A DNA stretch of 64,000 bases. It comes from Antedon mediterranea (Eukaryota; Animalia; Echinodermata). The stretch lies in contig NC_092671.1 in assembly GCF_964355755.1 (NCBI RefSeq), positions 24,936,070 to 25,000,069 on the forward strand, read 5' to 3'. Positions 11,198-24,900 of this stretch are shown piece by piece. The translations under genes were made by a program, and so were the position numbers. The stretch's first letter is position 1. Each line of letters begins with the position of its first letter. Under the pieces are notes generated by a model, which searched no databases, was not told the DNA's origin, and saw only the letters and a program-made list of their open reading frames with translations.

Positions 11198-12560
11198 TTC
11201 AGTTCAGTTTTATTCGGTTCACTCAAAAATACAAAGACAAACATAAATAGAAAAAGCACAAGATAACAATATTAATAGAATGAACCCAGGAATAACCCAA
11301 GAAAGTTTAAAAGAAAACTTATTTCCATGGGGGTCCTCAGACATAAAAAATAACACTGATAATTGGACTCAAAGCGCCCTATGACTACTAAAAGCTTAAA
11401 AAATTGTACAGTAAACATGATAAGGATTACACTGTATTTTGATAAAATTTGATTTTACATATTTAAAAATTTAAAATGTAGTTAAAATATTTCAATGTTT
11501 AAACGTTTAATTGCACCTAATACAATTGCCTAAAGTTAAAAATATATAAAATACTGTACAAAACTGTTACACAGGTATTCTTTCAGATAAAAGTGATTTT
11601 ACATTATATTTAAAACTATTTAAAGTATTGCAATTTTTAATATTAATGGGAAGTACATTCCAATATTTTATACTATTGTAATAAAATGTATTATGTACAT
11701 TACCATGAGGAACTCTAAAATTTGTGTTACTGTGCCTTGTATTGTATCCATGCGTATCACTAATACGTGTGAAGTGTGAGCTTAAATAATCCGGACACGT
11801 TTTATTAAAGATATTGAAAACATGCCTAATAGATATTTTACACGATTTTCTATATTAAGCATACCAAATGTAGTGAGTTCAGAGTAGCCAACATGGGCTC
11901 TGGGTTCCAATTTTGCAATAAATCTTACTAGTTTATTTTGGGTGGTTTGTAATTTGTGTTTAACATTTTTGTTAACTCCATGAAACCAAGCCCGTGAGGC
12001 ATAATCTAGTAAAGGCTGTACCAGGGCCATACCTAACAGTTTTCGTGACTGTTTGTTGATAAAAGGGGATTGACGCCAAAGATATTTTATACAGGAATTA
12101 GCCTTTTTATAGACTAATTGAGCAAAGTTGTTCCCAGTGACATTATGATCAATCAATTACAATTCCTAAATAGTTTACACTTGTTTTACATTCAATCACT
12201 TGACCTTTACAAATTATCTTGAATGATTCAACATGTTTAACTTTTCTTTTTGATCCAAATAGTATTGCTTCTGTCTTTCCAACATGCAAGGATAACCTAT
12301 TATCTGCCAGCCATTCGAAACATGACGATATGTTTTTACTTAGAACCTCTTCGATTACCTTTGGATCAGAGTGAGAAAATGTAATGGCACTATCATCAGC
12401 ATATTGGCGTAAAGTACACAGTGAATTAATACTAATTGCCATATCATTAATATATACCAAAAAAAGCAGTGGCCCAAAATACTTCCTTGTGGGACACCAT
12501 GCGTAATGTCTTCAATAGAAGATTTTTCGCGGTTGATTTCAACATACTGTTTCCTTTCAT
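11198..12560 (-). mobile_element. 5'-truncated CR1/L2-group LINE (RT C-terminus and 3' UTR)
   Basis: Frameshifted RT motifs GVPQGSILG, YINDM, YADD, LSLHVGKTE, YLG; tail aataaa(actga)n. Confidence 0.9.
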
Positions 12561-13721
12561 CTCTCTTATGATCTCTCTTTGAGCTGATTGATTACCTAAT
12601 GCAGTATTAGACAGGGGTAGCTCCATGATTTTAATACATTTTAAAATAAATCTTACTTTAAATACTTTAAAATACTTTGCAGTAAAAGATGTTATCAAAT
12701 AAATCTAAACAATTGACAATTATCATTTCAATAAAAAAAAAAGTCATTTGAACGATTCCGTTCACAATTTATTTTTGAAATTGTGCCAAAGGGCATCCTA
12801 CGTAGAGCTACCTAACGTGACTTGAAATTACCAAGGTCATGTTAGAAGATCAGGAACAACCAGTCACTTGCGACTAAATGAATTAAATTTTTTAATCTAA
12901 CAATTTCCAACTAATCTTTATGTACCTAACAATTACATTTTCTATTTTTATCCAAGTAAACAATAGTGTTTTATATTCAAACCGTATGTTGTTTTGCACA
13001 ACATAATTCTTCTTCTTACGTTTAGTTAAATTGACGATTTCTATTTTTTTAATGTATTCATAAGATAAGAATACTTTTATTGTAACTTTGAAGTAAGTTG
13101 AATTATATATATATAAAAATATCGAATGTAAAGAATACATATCACTCATCAAAATGAAAATAAATCAAGGTCCTTGTTTTGTTTTTTTGGATGAAAGGGC
13201 AGAATTTCGTTTATGTTTATATCTGTAATCATTAAAAAATATATACTGTATATCTTTAAAATTTATTAATTAAATTATTTTATTGTAATTGCCGCCAGGG
13301 TGTTAAATAATTGGTCAGATGTTTTTAGTATAAAGAACAAATTGCATCAGAGTAAGGAAAACTGACCAACTAAAATTATTTTTTATTGTTTTTTTTTATT
13401 AATTTTTTTTTATTTGGTCTTTCCTAATAATCAACCTTTTGATTGATTCATTGTATACAGAAGTCAATCTTATTTATCAAGCTTTGTTGTCAGGTAATTG
13501 ATAAATAAGTACTTCTAAATTACACATTAACTGGAAGTATGTGTTTGACCAAACAACGTGACTTAGTACGCATGTAGCAAGTAAAGATAGCATTGCGTGT
13601 TAGGTTAATTAATTGGTCGGAAATTAGGAATAGTGAATGTTGTCCGTAATATACAGATAAGCCTTTACACAGTGGTCATTACAGGTCTGCCTATCTAATT
13701 GCTCAATCAACATTTGTGTCC

Positions 13722-15704
13722 AGAACATTGGACAGGGAGCTTCCCATGCTACCACCATTATTTCAAGAACATTGGACAGGGAGCTTCCCATGCTACCACC
13801 ATTATTTCAAGAACATTGGACAGGGAGCTTCTCATGCTACCACCATTATTTCAAGAACATTGGACAGGGAGCTTCTCATGCTACCACCATTATTTCAAGA
13901 ACATTGGACAGGGAGCTTCCCATGCTACCACCATTATTTCAAGAACATTGGACAGGGAGCTTCCCATGCTACCACCATTATTTCAAGAACATTGGACAGG
14001 GAGCTTCTCATGCTACCACCATTATTTCAAGAACATTGGACAGGGAGCTTCCCATGCTACCACCATTATTTCAAGAACATTGGACAGGGAGCTTCTCATG
14101 CTACCACCATTATTTCAAGAACATTGGACAGGGAGCTTCCCATGCTACCACCATTATTTCAAGAACATTGGACAGGGAGCTTCTCATGCTACCACCATTA
14201 TTTCAAGAACGTTGGACAGGGAGCTTCCCATGCTACCACCATTATTTCAAGAACATTGGACAGGGAGCTTCTCATGCTACCACCATTATTTCAAGAACAT
14301 TGGACAGGGAGCTTCCCATGCTACCACCATTATTTCAAGAACATTGGACAGGGAGCTTCTCATGCTACCACCATTATTTCAAGAACGTTGGACAGGGAGC
14401 TTCCCATGCTACCACCATTATTTCAAGAACATTGGACAGGGAGCTTCTCATGCTACCACCATTATTTCAAGAACATTGGACAGGGAGCTTCCCATGCTAC
14501 CACCATTATTTCAAGAAAGTTGGACAGGGAGCTTCTCATGCTACCACCATTATTTCAAGAACATTGGACAGGGAGCTTCCCATGCTACCACCATTATTTC
14601 AAGAACATTGGACAGGGAGCTTCCCATGCTACCACCATTATTTCAAGAACATTGGACAGGGAGCTTCCCATGCTACCACCATTATTTCAAGAACATTGGA
14701 CAGGGAGCTTCCCATGCTACCACCATTATTTCAAGAACATTGGACAGGGAGCTTCTCATGCTACCACCATTATTTCAAGAACATTGGACAGGGAGCTTCC
14801 CATGCTACCACCATTATTTCAAGAAAGTTGGACAGGGAGCTTCCCATGCTACCACCATTATTTCAAGAACATTGGACAGGGAGCTTCCCATGCTACCACC
14901 ATTATTTCAAGAACATTGGACAGGGAGCTTCCCATGCTACCACCATTATTTCAAGAACATTGGACAGGGAGCTTCCCATGCTACCACCATTATTTCAAGA
15001 AAGTTGGACAGGGAGCTTCTCATGCTACCACCATTATTTCAAGAACATTGGACAGGGAGCTTCCCATGCTACCACCATTATTTCAAGAACATTGGACAGG
15101 GAGCTTCCCATGCTACCACCATTATTTCAAGAACATTGGACAGGGAGCTTCCCATGCTACCACCATTATTTCAAGAACATTGGACAGGGAGCTTCTCATG
15201 CTACCACCATTATTTCAAGAACATTGGACAGGGAGCTTCCCATGCTACCACCATTATTTCAAGAAAGTTGGACAGGGAGCTTCCCATGCTACCACCATTA
15301 TTTCAAGAACATTGGACAGGGAGCTTCCCATGCTACCACCATTATTTCAAGAACATTGGACAGGGAGCTTCCCATGCTACCACCATTATTTCAAGAACAT
15401 TGGACAGGGAGCTTCTCATGCTACCACCATTATTTCAAGAACATTGGACAGGGAGCTTCCCATGCTACCACCATTATTTCAAGAAAGTTGGACAGGGAGC
15501 TTCCCATGCTACCACCATTATTTCAAGAACATTGGACAGGGAGCTTCCCATGCTACCACCATTATTTCAAGAACATTGGACAGGGAGCTTCCCATGCTAC
15601 CACCATTATTTCAAGAACATTGGACAGGGAGCTTCCCATGCTACCACCATTATTTCAAGAACATTGGACAGGGAGCTTCCCATGCTACCACCATTATTTC
15701 AAGA
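13722..15704. repeat. 44-bp minisatellite, ~45 copies
   Basis: Unit aacattggacagggagcttcccatgctaccaccattatttcaag; only about three variable positions. Confidence 0.98.
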
Positions 15705-16844
15705 CATACATCAAACAGTTCCATGGTTTTAATATTCAAAATCCCTTTTTCCAACAAGGCAACAATGTTTGTAATTTACTTAATCAAAGTTAAACACTGC
15801 TTCAACAGGAGATTGATGAAAGTATTTATTTATGTTTTTCTATTACTTAATGTAATAATGTTGTTTATTTTAGTATGTCTAGCATTATAAGTGTTAAAAT
15901 TAAATTAGTTAGGACTTGTTACATGATCATTTAAAAATAAACAAAACAAACTGTATTATTTCAATTGATTGAAATGGTAATAAGTGTTGAACACAATTTC
16001 AACCAGGATACAACTATTAAAAGGGAAATAGTTTTAATTTGAAATATATAAAAATATCGCAGAAAGGAAAATGGACAAGAGTGGATTGAACCATATCTTA
16101 ACCAATCATAAATCAGATATTTCCTTGTTTTACTTCGCATCTATAAAAACTTTGAAAGCGAAACAAATTCTATTCAACTTAGTTAGACTATGTTTACGTC
16201 TCATACAGTGAAAATTATAAGTGAAATAGGAAGGGGACGTATTTATTAGCTTAAGGGATTGTTATAGTGTTTTCTAACAAAACTTCTACTCATTTCTTCA
16301 TGACTTGGCGGATTCTGTACAACAAGCATTGACCTATGAATTCTCAGGTGGTGGAAAATGTAAATTAATGTGGTTGTCACCTATTTCTATTTTTATGCTA
16401 TTTTCTATGGGGACAAATGGATTTGATTAGGATAATGCCGAGGAATATCAGTATAAGTATGGTTCTAATACTCGATTCACACGTACACAAATTTTACAAA
16501 ATTTATATGATCGATACCTTAGAAAGTGTTCAATAACTTAGTTAAATCAGAGTCTTAATAACAAGTTTGTGTAGTAAATACAGAATTTTTGTACTGTAGT
16601 TCATTATGCATCAAGTCATTTTACGTATGAACACATTAGCTGAAGTAGAATGTCTTTGACCAAACAGCGTGACTTAGAGATGCACATGGCAAGTATCCAA
16701 TTCACACATTCTTACAAAATTTAAGATATTGTTACATTGGTACGAATGTGTGAAAGAATTCTATACTTATTTAAATATTACTCTTGTTAAAAAGTGTATT
16801 TAATAGATAGATTAGTAATTCATAATGCATCACAGTCATTCTGC

Positions 16845-17426
16845 ATATGAATGCATTTTTCTGAGACATTCTGAGGCATTTTGCATATGAACACGTGGTT
16901 CTGAGGTATTCTAAATGTAGGAACACATGTTTCTGAGGCATTCTATGTATGAACACATGTTTATGAGACATTCTATTTATGAACACATGTTTCTGAGACA
17001 CTATGTATGGGCACATGTTTCTGAGGCATTCTATGTATGAACACATGTTTTTCAGAAACTCTGTGTATGGGCACATGTTTCTGAGGCATTCTGTGTATGA
17101 ACACATGTTTATGAGACATTCTATTTATGAACACATGTTTCTGAGACACTATGTATGGGCACATGTTTCTGAGGCATTCTGTGTATGAACACATGTTTAT
17201 GAGACATTCTATTTATGAACACATGTTTCTGAGACACTATGTATGGGCACATGTTTCTGAGGCATTCTGTGTATGAACACATGTTTCTGAGGCATTCTGT
17301 GTATGAACACATGTTTCTGAGGCATTCTGTGTATGAACACATGTTTCTGAGGCATTCTGTGTATGAACACATGTTTCTGAGGCATTCTGTGTATGAACAC
17401 ATGTTTCTGAGGCATTCTGTGTATGA
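16845..17426. repeat. 30-bp minisatellite, ~19 copies, with an 88-bp higher-order unit
   Basis: Unit gaacacatgtttctgaggcattctgtgtat; a 30+30+28 block recurs. Confidence 0.95.
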
Positions 17427-18662
17427 CTCTCGGACCTCTTTTACAGATGAGGTAATCATCTATATATACCATATGCATAAACTAGGTGGAAAACAATATT
17501 TTCTATGTTTACACATACTGCGTATAAGGTTGGTTTGACAATATGCAAGTCACAAGGTAATTCACAGATTAAAATGCCATGATGTTCACACTAATATTTC
17601 ATAAACATCCAACATCAACTAACTCACCAATACCAGGATGGATAAACTATTTTATAAGTTATCATGCTTATCATAAATAATAAACTAAGTATCATTTGAG
17701 GCATAGGACTCTGGAGTTTGAAGAGTCACAAGTTATCCTGGACCTTATATTGGAAGGCAAGCCTATTATTTCCACCAAGCTACGGCTCCAATACAATGGA
17801 TTTCAATGATGGTATTACAGAAGTACAATGCATTCATTTCATTTTTGTGCGAACATACCTTTCGATAAATAGTAGGGGATGTGTGCTGATCATAGCATTA
17901 ATCAAAAGTCCATTATAGTTTCCTGTTTTAAACTAGAGGACCAGCATTTGATATAATTACTTTACACAATTACAAATTTTTTATCTTTATCCATTTATAT
18001 TGTTTAAATTGCATCTATAACAGTATTTATCTTTATCCATTCATATTGTTTAAATTGCATCCATAACAGTACAGTATGTTAATTTCTTGTACTTTCTTTA
18101 CAGTATTCAAAAGGAGTTAAAAAATATTCTCTTAAAGATGTATTGTTGACATATTGTCCTGAAAAACAATTAATGTTTTTGTTGAATAATGTAATTTAAA
18201 TGTCATATAATAGTTATTCACTGCAATTTAAAGCAAAACATTGTCAAAATTGACTGGTTGTCAAAATTGACTGGATGTCAATGGGCTTTTGTTGAATTTA
18301 ACCGTTTATTTTGTCATTTTATAAGTAAAAACATTTTTTTTTTTCAGTTTCCTTTTCTATGAAAGTGATTGACTTTCTTAAAACTTTAAAATGGTCTAAT
18401 CAAAGTCTAATTTTATTAATCTTCATTTTTCATGTTTTTGGGGAACAATACATATTTAAATTATGTCACGATAATGGGGTTCATTATCTTGCAAATAAGG
18501 GTTATTATTCTTTGACATTAATGCGTTTTGTTTGTATGCTCAATGACTTTATTTAACTCACTATTAACCTCAGCCCTTTTAAATGAAAGAAGACATCTGT
18601 AGAGACGTAGCATTAAGTACCATTGGTTTGTCTGTTGATTGATTTGTTCCTATTTTTCACAG

Positions 18663-18746
18663 GTCACGTTCCATTTGATGGCAGCACTTACAACGATGTC
18701 ATGAACAACGTGCTCAACCAGGAATATTTACCCCCAAAGGCTAAAG
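18663..18746 (+). CDS. ULK4: ULK4 internal exon
   Basis: cag|...|gt, 84 nt, phase 1-1. (G)HVPFDGSTYNDVMNNVLNQEYLPPKAK continues the kinase G-x-x-PF motif. Confidence 0.92.
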
Positions 18747-19648
18747 GTACAGTTAGTGTTCAATAATGCCTTGATGAGTTACTTGTAAACTAGAATTAAC
18801 CATTGAATAACAAGTGTATAACAATCGTGTATCTAGGCCACATTGATTCATTTCATGTCCTCGTGTGGGGCAGTCAGTGGGAGCAGCCCTGAGCAACTTG
18901 TAACAAGTGTTTGAAATCATTCAACTAGATTTCTCTCTAACATTAATCAGTATCTAGTTGAATAAATTCATTTTTTTGTTTCACCTTTGGTAAATAGTAA
19001 CTGAAGTGTCATCCTTATTGATATTATTACTTGCACTTTTAAGAATTTTGATTTGTTATTGACTTTTTTGTTTGTTTTGATTTTAACCATGGTGCGTTCT
19101 AAAAATCAAATTACATACCTTTATAATTAGGCTGAAAAAGGAAAACAGATTGAAGTTATTTTGATGTTTAAATACAGAGTTTGTTTTTTCTGTCATTCAC
19201 CGAATACAACTTTACTTAGCCGCATGCAAAAGTTAGACAGCATGAGTCTTAATGCTGATAGATTTTTATGAAAACACTTTAGTATAACTTGATAGTCATA
19301 ATATCTGTCATCAGTTAAATTTATTTGTTAATTTTTGTTTGTTTTATCAATTAGTTGCTCCTCCCTCATAATGGAAATGTAAAGTAGTATTCAATGAAAT
19401 TTCTGTGAACACTCCATAAATGAGAGGTTGCATGTCAAATTTGAAGAAAATCCATCTAGTAGTATGAAATTATATGATAGTATTTATTGTCATTTTTAAA
19501 AAATACTTTAAAAATGAAATTTGATTTATGAAGATTTGAAATGAATACATTTTAAAATGTGTGCAAATTGCATTGATTTTTTTCTGTTTGCGTTCATTTT
19601 ATGATTTGCTGCTCTACATATTAGGGAGGTTTTGCTGCTCTACATATA

Positions 19649-20077
19649 AGGGAGGTTTTGCAATCTTATGAATACGATACCGAAAACGGATACGTCACAT
19701 ATTTGTGAAACAGTCATATTCGTAACTACAAAATGAAATAGTTTTTGATCTAGTTTGCACATTTTGCATTTGAATCAGTAATGATTCATGATTATGATAT
19801 AATTGTAGATTTATTGAAAGTAATTTACTATATGCCAGGTCAATTTTGATAAATAGCAGTTTTTAAAAAATCCTCACTCGCTTTGATGTTACGCTAGGCC
19901 TAGGCAGCCAAGCACCAAGCAACACGTACCTGCACTTCGCTCAAATTTACTGCCATATTTTGGACGACGGCCTCAATATTTCGTTGCCATGCAAAACAGA
20001 TTTTTACTGGCTTACGAATACGTGTGCGTAACATATCCGTTTTCGTTATCGTATTCGTAAGATTGGGAAACCTCCCT
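19649..20077. mobile_element. MITE with ~50-bp TIRs (Harbinger-like agggagg termini), full copy
   Basis: agggaggttttgcaatcttatgaatacgata... / ...tatcgtattcgtaagattgggaaacctccct; half copies at 32437-32643 and 62637-62948. Confidence 0.8.
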
Positions 20078-20389
20078 ATTATTAGTTCATTCCAACCTTA
20101 ACACGTATGGTTCTTCAGGGAAAAATCTGTAATTAAACCTGTTGTATTAATTAATTTTACAAACAATTTGTCCATGCAACTAATAAATTAAAATACTTTG
20201 TCACAAGAAATATCAAATGCAAGTTAATTAATATTTGTCATGTTTAAGCATTTTTACACTCAATACCATAATTGAACATATAAACACACTTTGCATGCTT
20301 TTCAGTTTATGAATTGAAACAAACACGTTTGATAATTATGTGACTTCATTAATTTAACCAATCTTCATAAGTTTAATTTTACCCTCATA

Positions 20390-20575
20390 AAATATAGACT
20401 TTATGCTATTCCACATGCAGTTCTGAAAGGACTCTGAAGCATCTTGACGTTTCGATCCATAGCCCTCAGGTGCAAGAGTGGACAATTAAAGCATATTGAT
20501 CAAAAAGTTGAGAAAAAGTTCACCAGATCTCTTCAGAACTCCCTACGTGATGTGTACCATAAACTTTATATTATA
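20390..20575. mobile_element. Degenerate Penelope-type inverted pLTR remnant (same family as 35094-35294)
   Basis: Shares aaagcatattgatc, ttcagaact..tacgtgatgt and an inverted gttctgaaa...gacgtttcgatc. Confidence 0.6.
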
Positions 20576-21858
20576 TTTATATTATGTTCTTTTTTCAAAT
20601 AAAAATTAAAATGTAACTAAAAAAACCATCCCATATTCATAAGATTCATAATAACTTTTGTTTATGTACAGTATTTTATTATTAATTATGATTCACTATT
20701 AGTTATTCAGTTTGTTTTTTTTAAATATTTGACTGTCAAAATTATGAGAAATTAAATTTGTTTACATTATAAATTATATAAATATTGATTTAGCTTAGTG
20801 TTGAAATGTTAGTACACATTCAATCCATCAAAATTTATTTATAAATAATTCATTTCACTTCTTTCCAAACAAGTTGAGTGCACTAAATAAACAAAAACAT
20901 AGAATAGATTATGGTTATAAGTTGGTTAAAAGAAAAGAAAAAAGCAAGAAAAATAATAATTATATTTATTATAAGATATTTTGATGATATGTACCACTCA
21001 ACATGACCGTGCTATACTTCAAATATTATTTAGTATACAAAATAAAAACATTCTAAAAATGATATAACAATAATAATAATAATATCAAAAAAACTCTCAG
21101 CAATACCCATTATGAAATAAAATTTTGGCAACAGAAACAAATTTTTCAGTTTAATGGAATTCTCAAAACTGTGTTTAAAACAGCCACATGATTGGGTGTT
21201 AGAATGCCATATAATAGTTACATTTGCTTAATCGCTGTTGACCTTGAATCAACAAGCATTTTTTCGTTGTCTACCGCAATTCCTTAGCATGCTCTTTTTT
21301 TTTGGCTTTTTTACTAAAATCAATACATACAGTCACAAATGCAATGAATTGGTAATGGTAATTTTGTCCTGGAGAAATTGTACTATAAAAATATTATTTA
21401 AAAGTGTGCGTGTGTAAAACCTGGAACACTTTCAAGGTTAGAAACGGAACAAGAAATGCTTATAATCCAAGGTGTTATCACTCTAATGATTTGCAATGTT
21501 TGTAAACAACCAATTTGTAAAAGAAGGGTTTATAGTACACATAAGGGTACGTTTCTGGATGTATAAAATATTAGATGTGGAGGAATTAAAAACATTTTAA
21601 AATACAGTATTATTACAAACAATTATTTTGCCTTCAGTCATCAAAAACTACCTGGTACTGCTATAAAATATTTTTTGTTTTTATTACTGAATTGGGTGTA
21701 TTTCAGTTTTCTCTAATCCTCAATTTAAAATGTTTACTTTAATATTATAATATATATTTATATTATATAATTTGGTATCATCTTACATAATAATAGAATA
21801 TACCTGCAGTATGTAATATGCCTTATTTAAGTCTCATGTTATTAACATTTTATTTCAG

Positions 21859-21937
21859 GTCCTAGGATCAGTGGTAAGCCATCTACTGATTTCTGTAATC
21901 TGTTACTAGGTCTCTTGGATAAAGATCCCAATTCAAG
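21859..21937 (+). CDS. ULK4: ULK4 internal exon (subdomain XI)
   Basis: cag|...|gtaatt, phase 1-2. PRISGKPSTDFCNLLLGLLDKDPNSR resembles ULK4 [20 protein letters not shown]. Confidence 0.93.
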
Positions 21938-24900
21938 GTAATTATACATCAAGTGTGGTAGATGGGCTTGTAAATTAGAACAATTGGTAGATGAGCTTGT
22001 AATCGTACTGATGTGGGTATAAGCCCATCCCCCTTGAACATGAAATCATGTCAAGTTTGGGGTGGGGTGGTGTGCTTATACCCGGGATCCAAAAATGCAG
22101 ATCGTCAAAAACAGCACATGTACTGTGTATTCAATCATGGACTACACAAGCGCCCTTCATACCATGAATAAAGCTGTAGTGGTCTAATGATGTCTACATA
22201 TGAAGCAGAACATTCCATGTCCGAATCTTGGTTGGTTGGTGGGGACTTTTTCTAACTCAGACAGATATTAGTATCTTGTAACTTTTCAAGCATGGAGAAA
22301 ATATACACTTTGCTATTTTATTTCTATAGTAATTAGGTGGGTTATATCTTTTTCTATCTATTTCTATACTATTAATCTCCTCATTCTTGCATATTGATCA
22401 CTCCACATTCTTTGTCTTAAAATATTAAAGTATAAATAGCCTTGACTATAATATTACAAAACATATCATATTTTTTTTCAGTTATAATAATAGACAATGC
22501 AAACACGTTTGTCATTGATTTTGTTATCATAAAGATACTATGAAATTATAATGCTTAATTGAATGTCAGGGGAAAAAAAACAGACGCTGTATCAATATGC
22601 CACAATACTTGAGAAAGACATACTAATGAGCTTTGATAAGTTATTGTCGGTTTAAATCAATGGTCATTAAATTCTCATACACTCTTCTCATTTACCAGTG
22701 TAACACCTGTCTAATATCTATCGCTAAGAAACCTGTTAAAGCTAACTCAACTCATCAATGCTGGTCCATTACTGCGATACAACTAGAATATTGTCAGAAA
22801 ATTATTAAATAATTCATCTTAAAGAAATCGATCTTTATTTAGAACGTCTTTACAGTTTTCGTAGTATTTGTTAAGTATGATGCGTATATGCTTTAATTAC
22901 CCATCCACTTAAAAGCTGTGCAAGAATAAATTCACTCCGGAATGTTCTAATCACTTTTATTTAAAATCATGAAACATTGTCAAATTGAATGTTTGTAGGT
23001 GTGTGTAATAACACATTGTTTAATGTTTTTTTTTAAATTAATTAAAAATACTATTAATAATGATGGTAGTAGCCTATTTAATTTCTGTTTATCAATTTCC
23101 ATTGATGTTGAGATTAGTTACACAGTGTGATGTTTTCCATATGGAAACCTGTCATTTCCTCCTCTGTTGTAAGATCCATTGGTCCTGTCTACTGCAAAAC
23201 AAAACCGTGACAATAACAATTAAAAAACACTCAAAAGATTCAGGGTTTAAATGCCATTTAACCGGTTATTGCTGTTCAATTTTTAGCTGTATCGGCAAAA
23301 AAAAAAGAATTTTAAAGTAGTTTATTTATTTTATTTATTTTATTTATTCATTTCCCAACCAACAGTGAGCTCATGGTTCACCACTTACAGGAGGGAACAC
23401 AGACAAACACGAACATATACATATAGTGTTGATGTTTTTGTCAAGGACCAATCACAAATTTAGCAGAAATTCTGTCGGTCTAAAAATTAAATTTTGTTAA
23501 ATAATGGTTTATTCTGAGTTTTTTCTTTTTTTCCTTTTTTACTTATTGAAAGTTTGGTTTGACTACTTAATGAAAAGGAAGTACATGACAATAATCAGAG
23601 TGTTCAGATTATTTTTACTGATGCTCTTATCTTTTTATAATGCAATTAAATTTGTCTGTTTTTTATTAAGATTAAAATAGTTGTAAATAAACAGTTTCAA
23701 CCATAAACATGTTGCTACACATTGTATGCTTGCCAAATAACTTGAAACTTATTATCAACAGAACACGACAAATGTTGATAATATTGTCCTGATTATTCTG
23801 GTTATTACTTACACAGTTGATATATATTAAGTTATAAACAAATGATTTCATCTGATGAGTATTTAAAACATGTAAATGTTGTACATTAATTTACCACAAC
23901 TCTCTTCATATCCGCTATTAAAAGTTTGATAAATGACAATAAAATAATTAAAAGGCATTGAACTGCAGTTTCCATGTTTAAATTCTGATTCTGTAGTAAT
24001 CGGGTGTAATAAAGATTACCGAAATGCAATGATCGGTCAATGACGTCAACACTTGAGGTACAGATTTTAAATATACTTAAACCACTGGCACAAAAGTTGA
24101 GAACTATCGGCTCAAAATGTCACCTGCTTATTAAACTTTTTATTTTTAGGATTGTTATGTATGATGATTGGCCTAAATGTTCATTTTTAACCATTTCAAC
24201 CATTAAATTTGTTATAATTTGATTTAGAATTAGGGCCTAAAAATTATTCATATTTTTGTTGTATTAACAGAGTTTGTAATGCTGCTTAAGTTTTAGTCGA
24301 AATAAAACCAGATTCTCATGTAATCAATAATTTATGGTTGGTTGTGAGCACGTTGTTATCTGATGAATTAGTGATAGTTTGATTTGCAAATATTTATTAT
24401 ATATATTTTATATTCTTCAACCCTCCACTCAATTGTAGTAAAAATGCGTAAAGTGATAATAATTCCTCAATTGAGTCATGTACAATATGTTAACAGTGTA
24501 AGAGTGTTTGTTTGAATGAGCTTACCCAATGAACTATCTCCTCACTTTTACTACTTGTGCTGTGGTTGGTTAAAAGTGCTCCTTGTACATATATTTCTTA
24601 AACAAAAAAACCAAAAAAACCTATTAAGTTGCTATACAAGTGATTGTACTAATGTAGAAAATCATAGTCTCAATGGATTTTTTTTCAATTTGTTAAAAAC
24701 ACACTTTCCATACATTGATTGTTTGATTTTGGCCTCCTGACTAATTAAATTTTCAACCTACATAGATTTGACATGAGAAATAAGAAAAGATTCCAATTAG
24801 TTACATTTCATGGCTTCTGAAATCTTAAGCTGGGTAAGACTCACAGAGCTAAGAAAGACGTCTGTGTGGACATTAAGATTTCCTTTCCCGAGTCGATAAT

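Noticed and set aside
13699-15890. Three 670-720 aa ORFs as protein-coding genes
   Set aside because: All three are translations of one 44-bp satellite. The unit length is not a multiple of 3 and every frame gives the same peptide cycle.
16771-17538. Cys/His-rich ORFs (CSYTECLRNM)n as zinc-binding proteins
   Set aside because: They are translations of the 30-bp minisatellite on both strands.
22172-22265. tRNA-like head (tagtggtctaatg...gtccgaatc)
   Set aside because: Too degenerate to fold or to assign to a SINE family.
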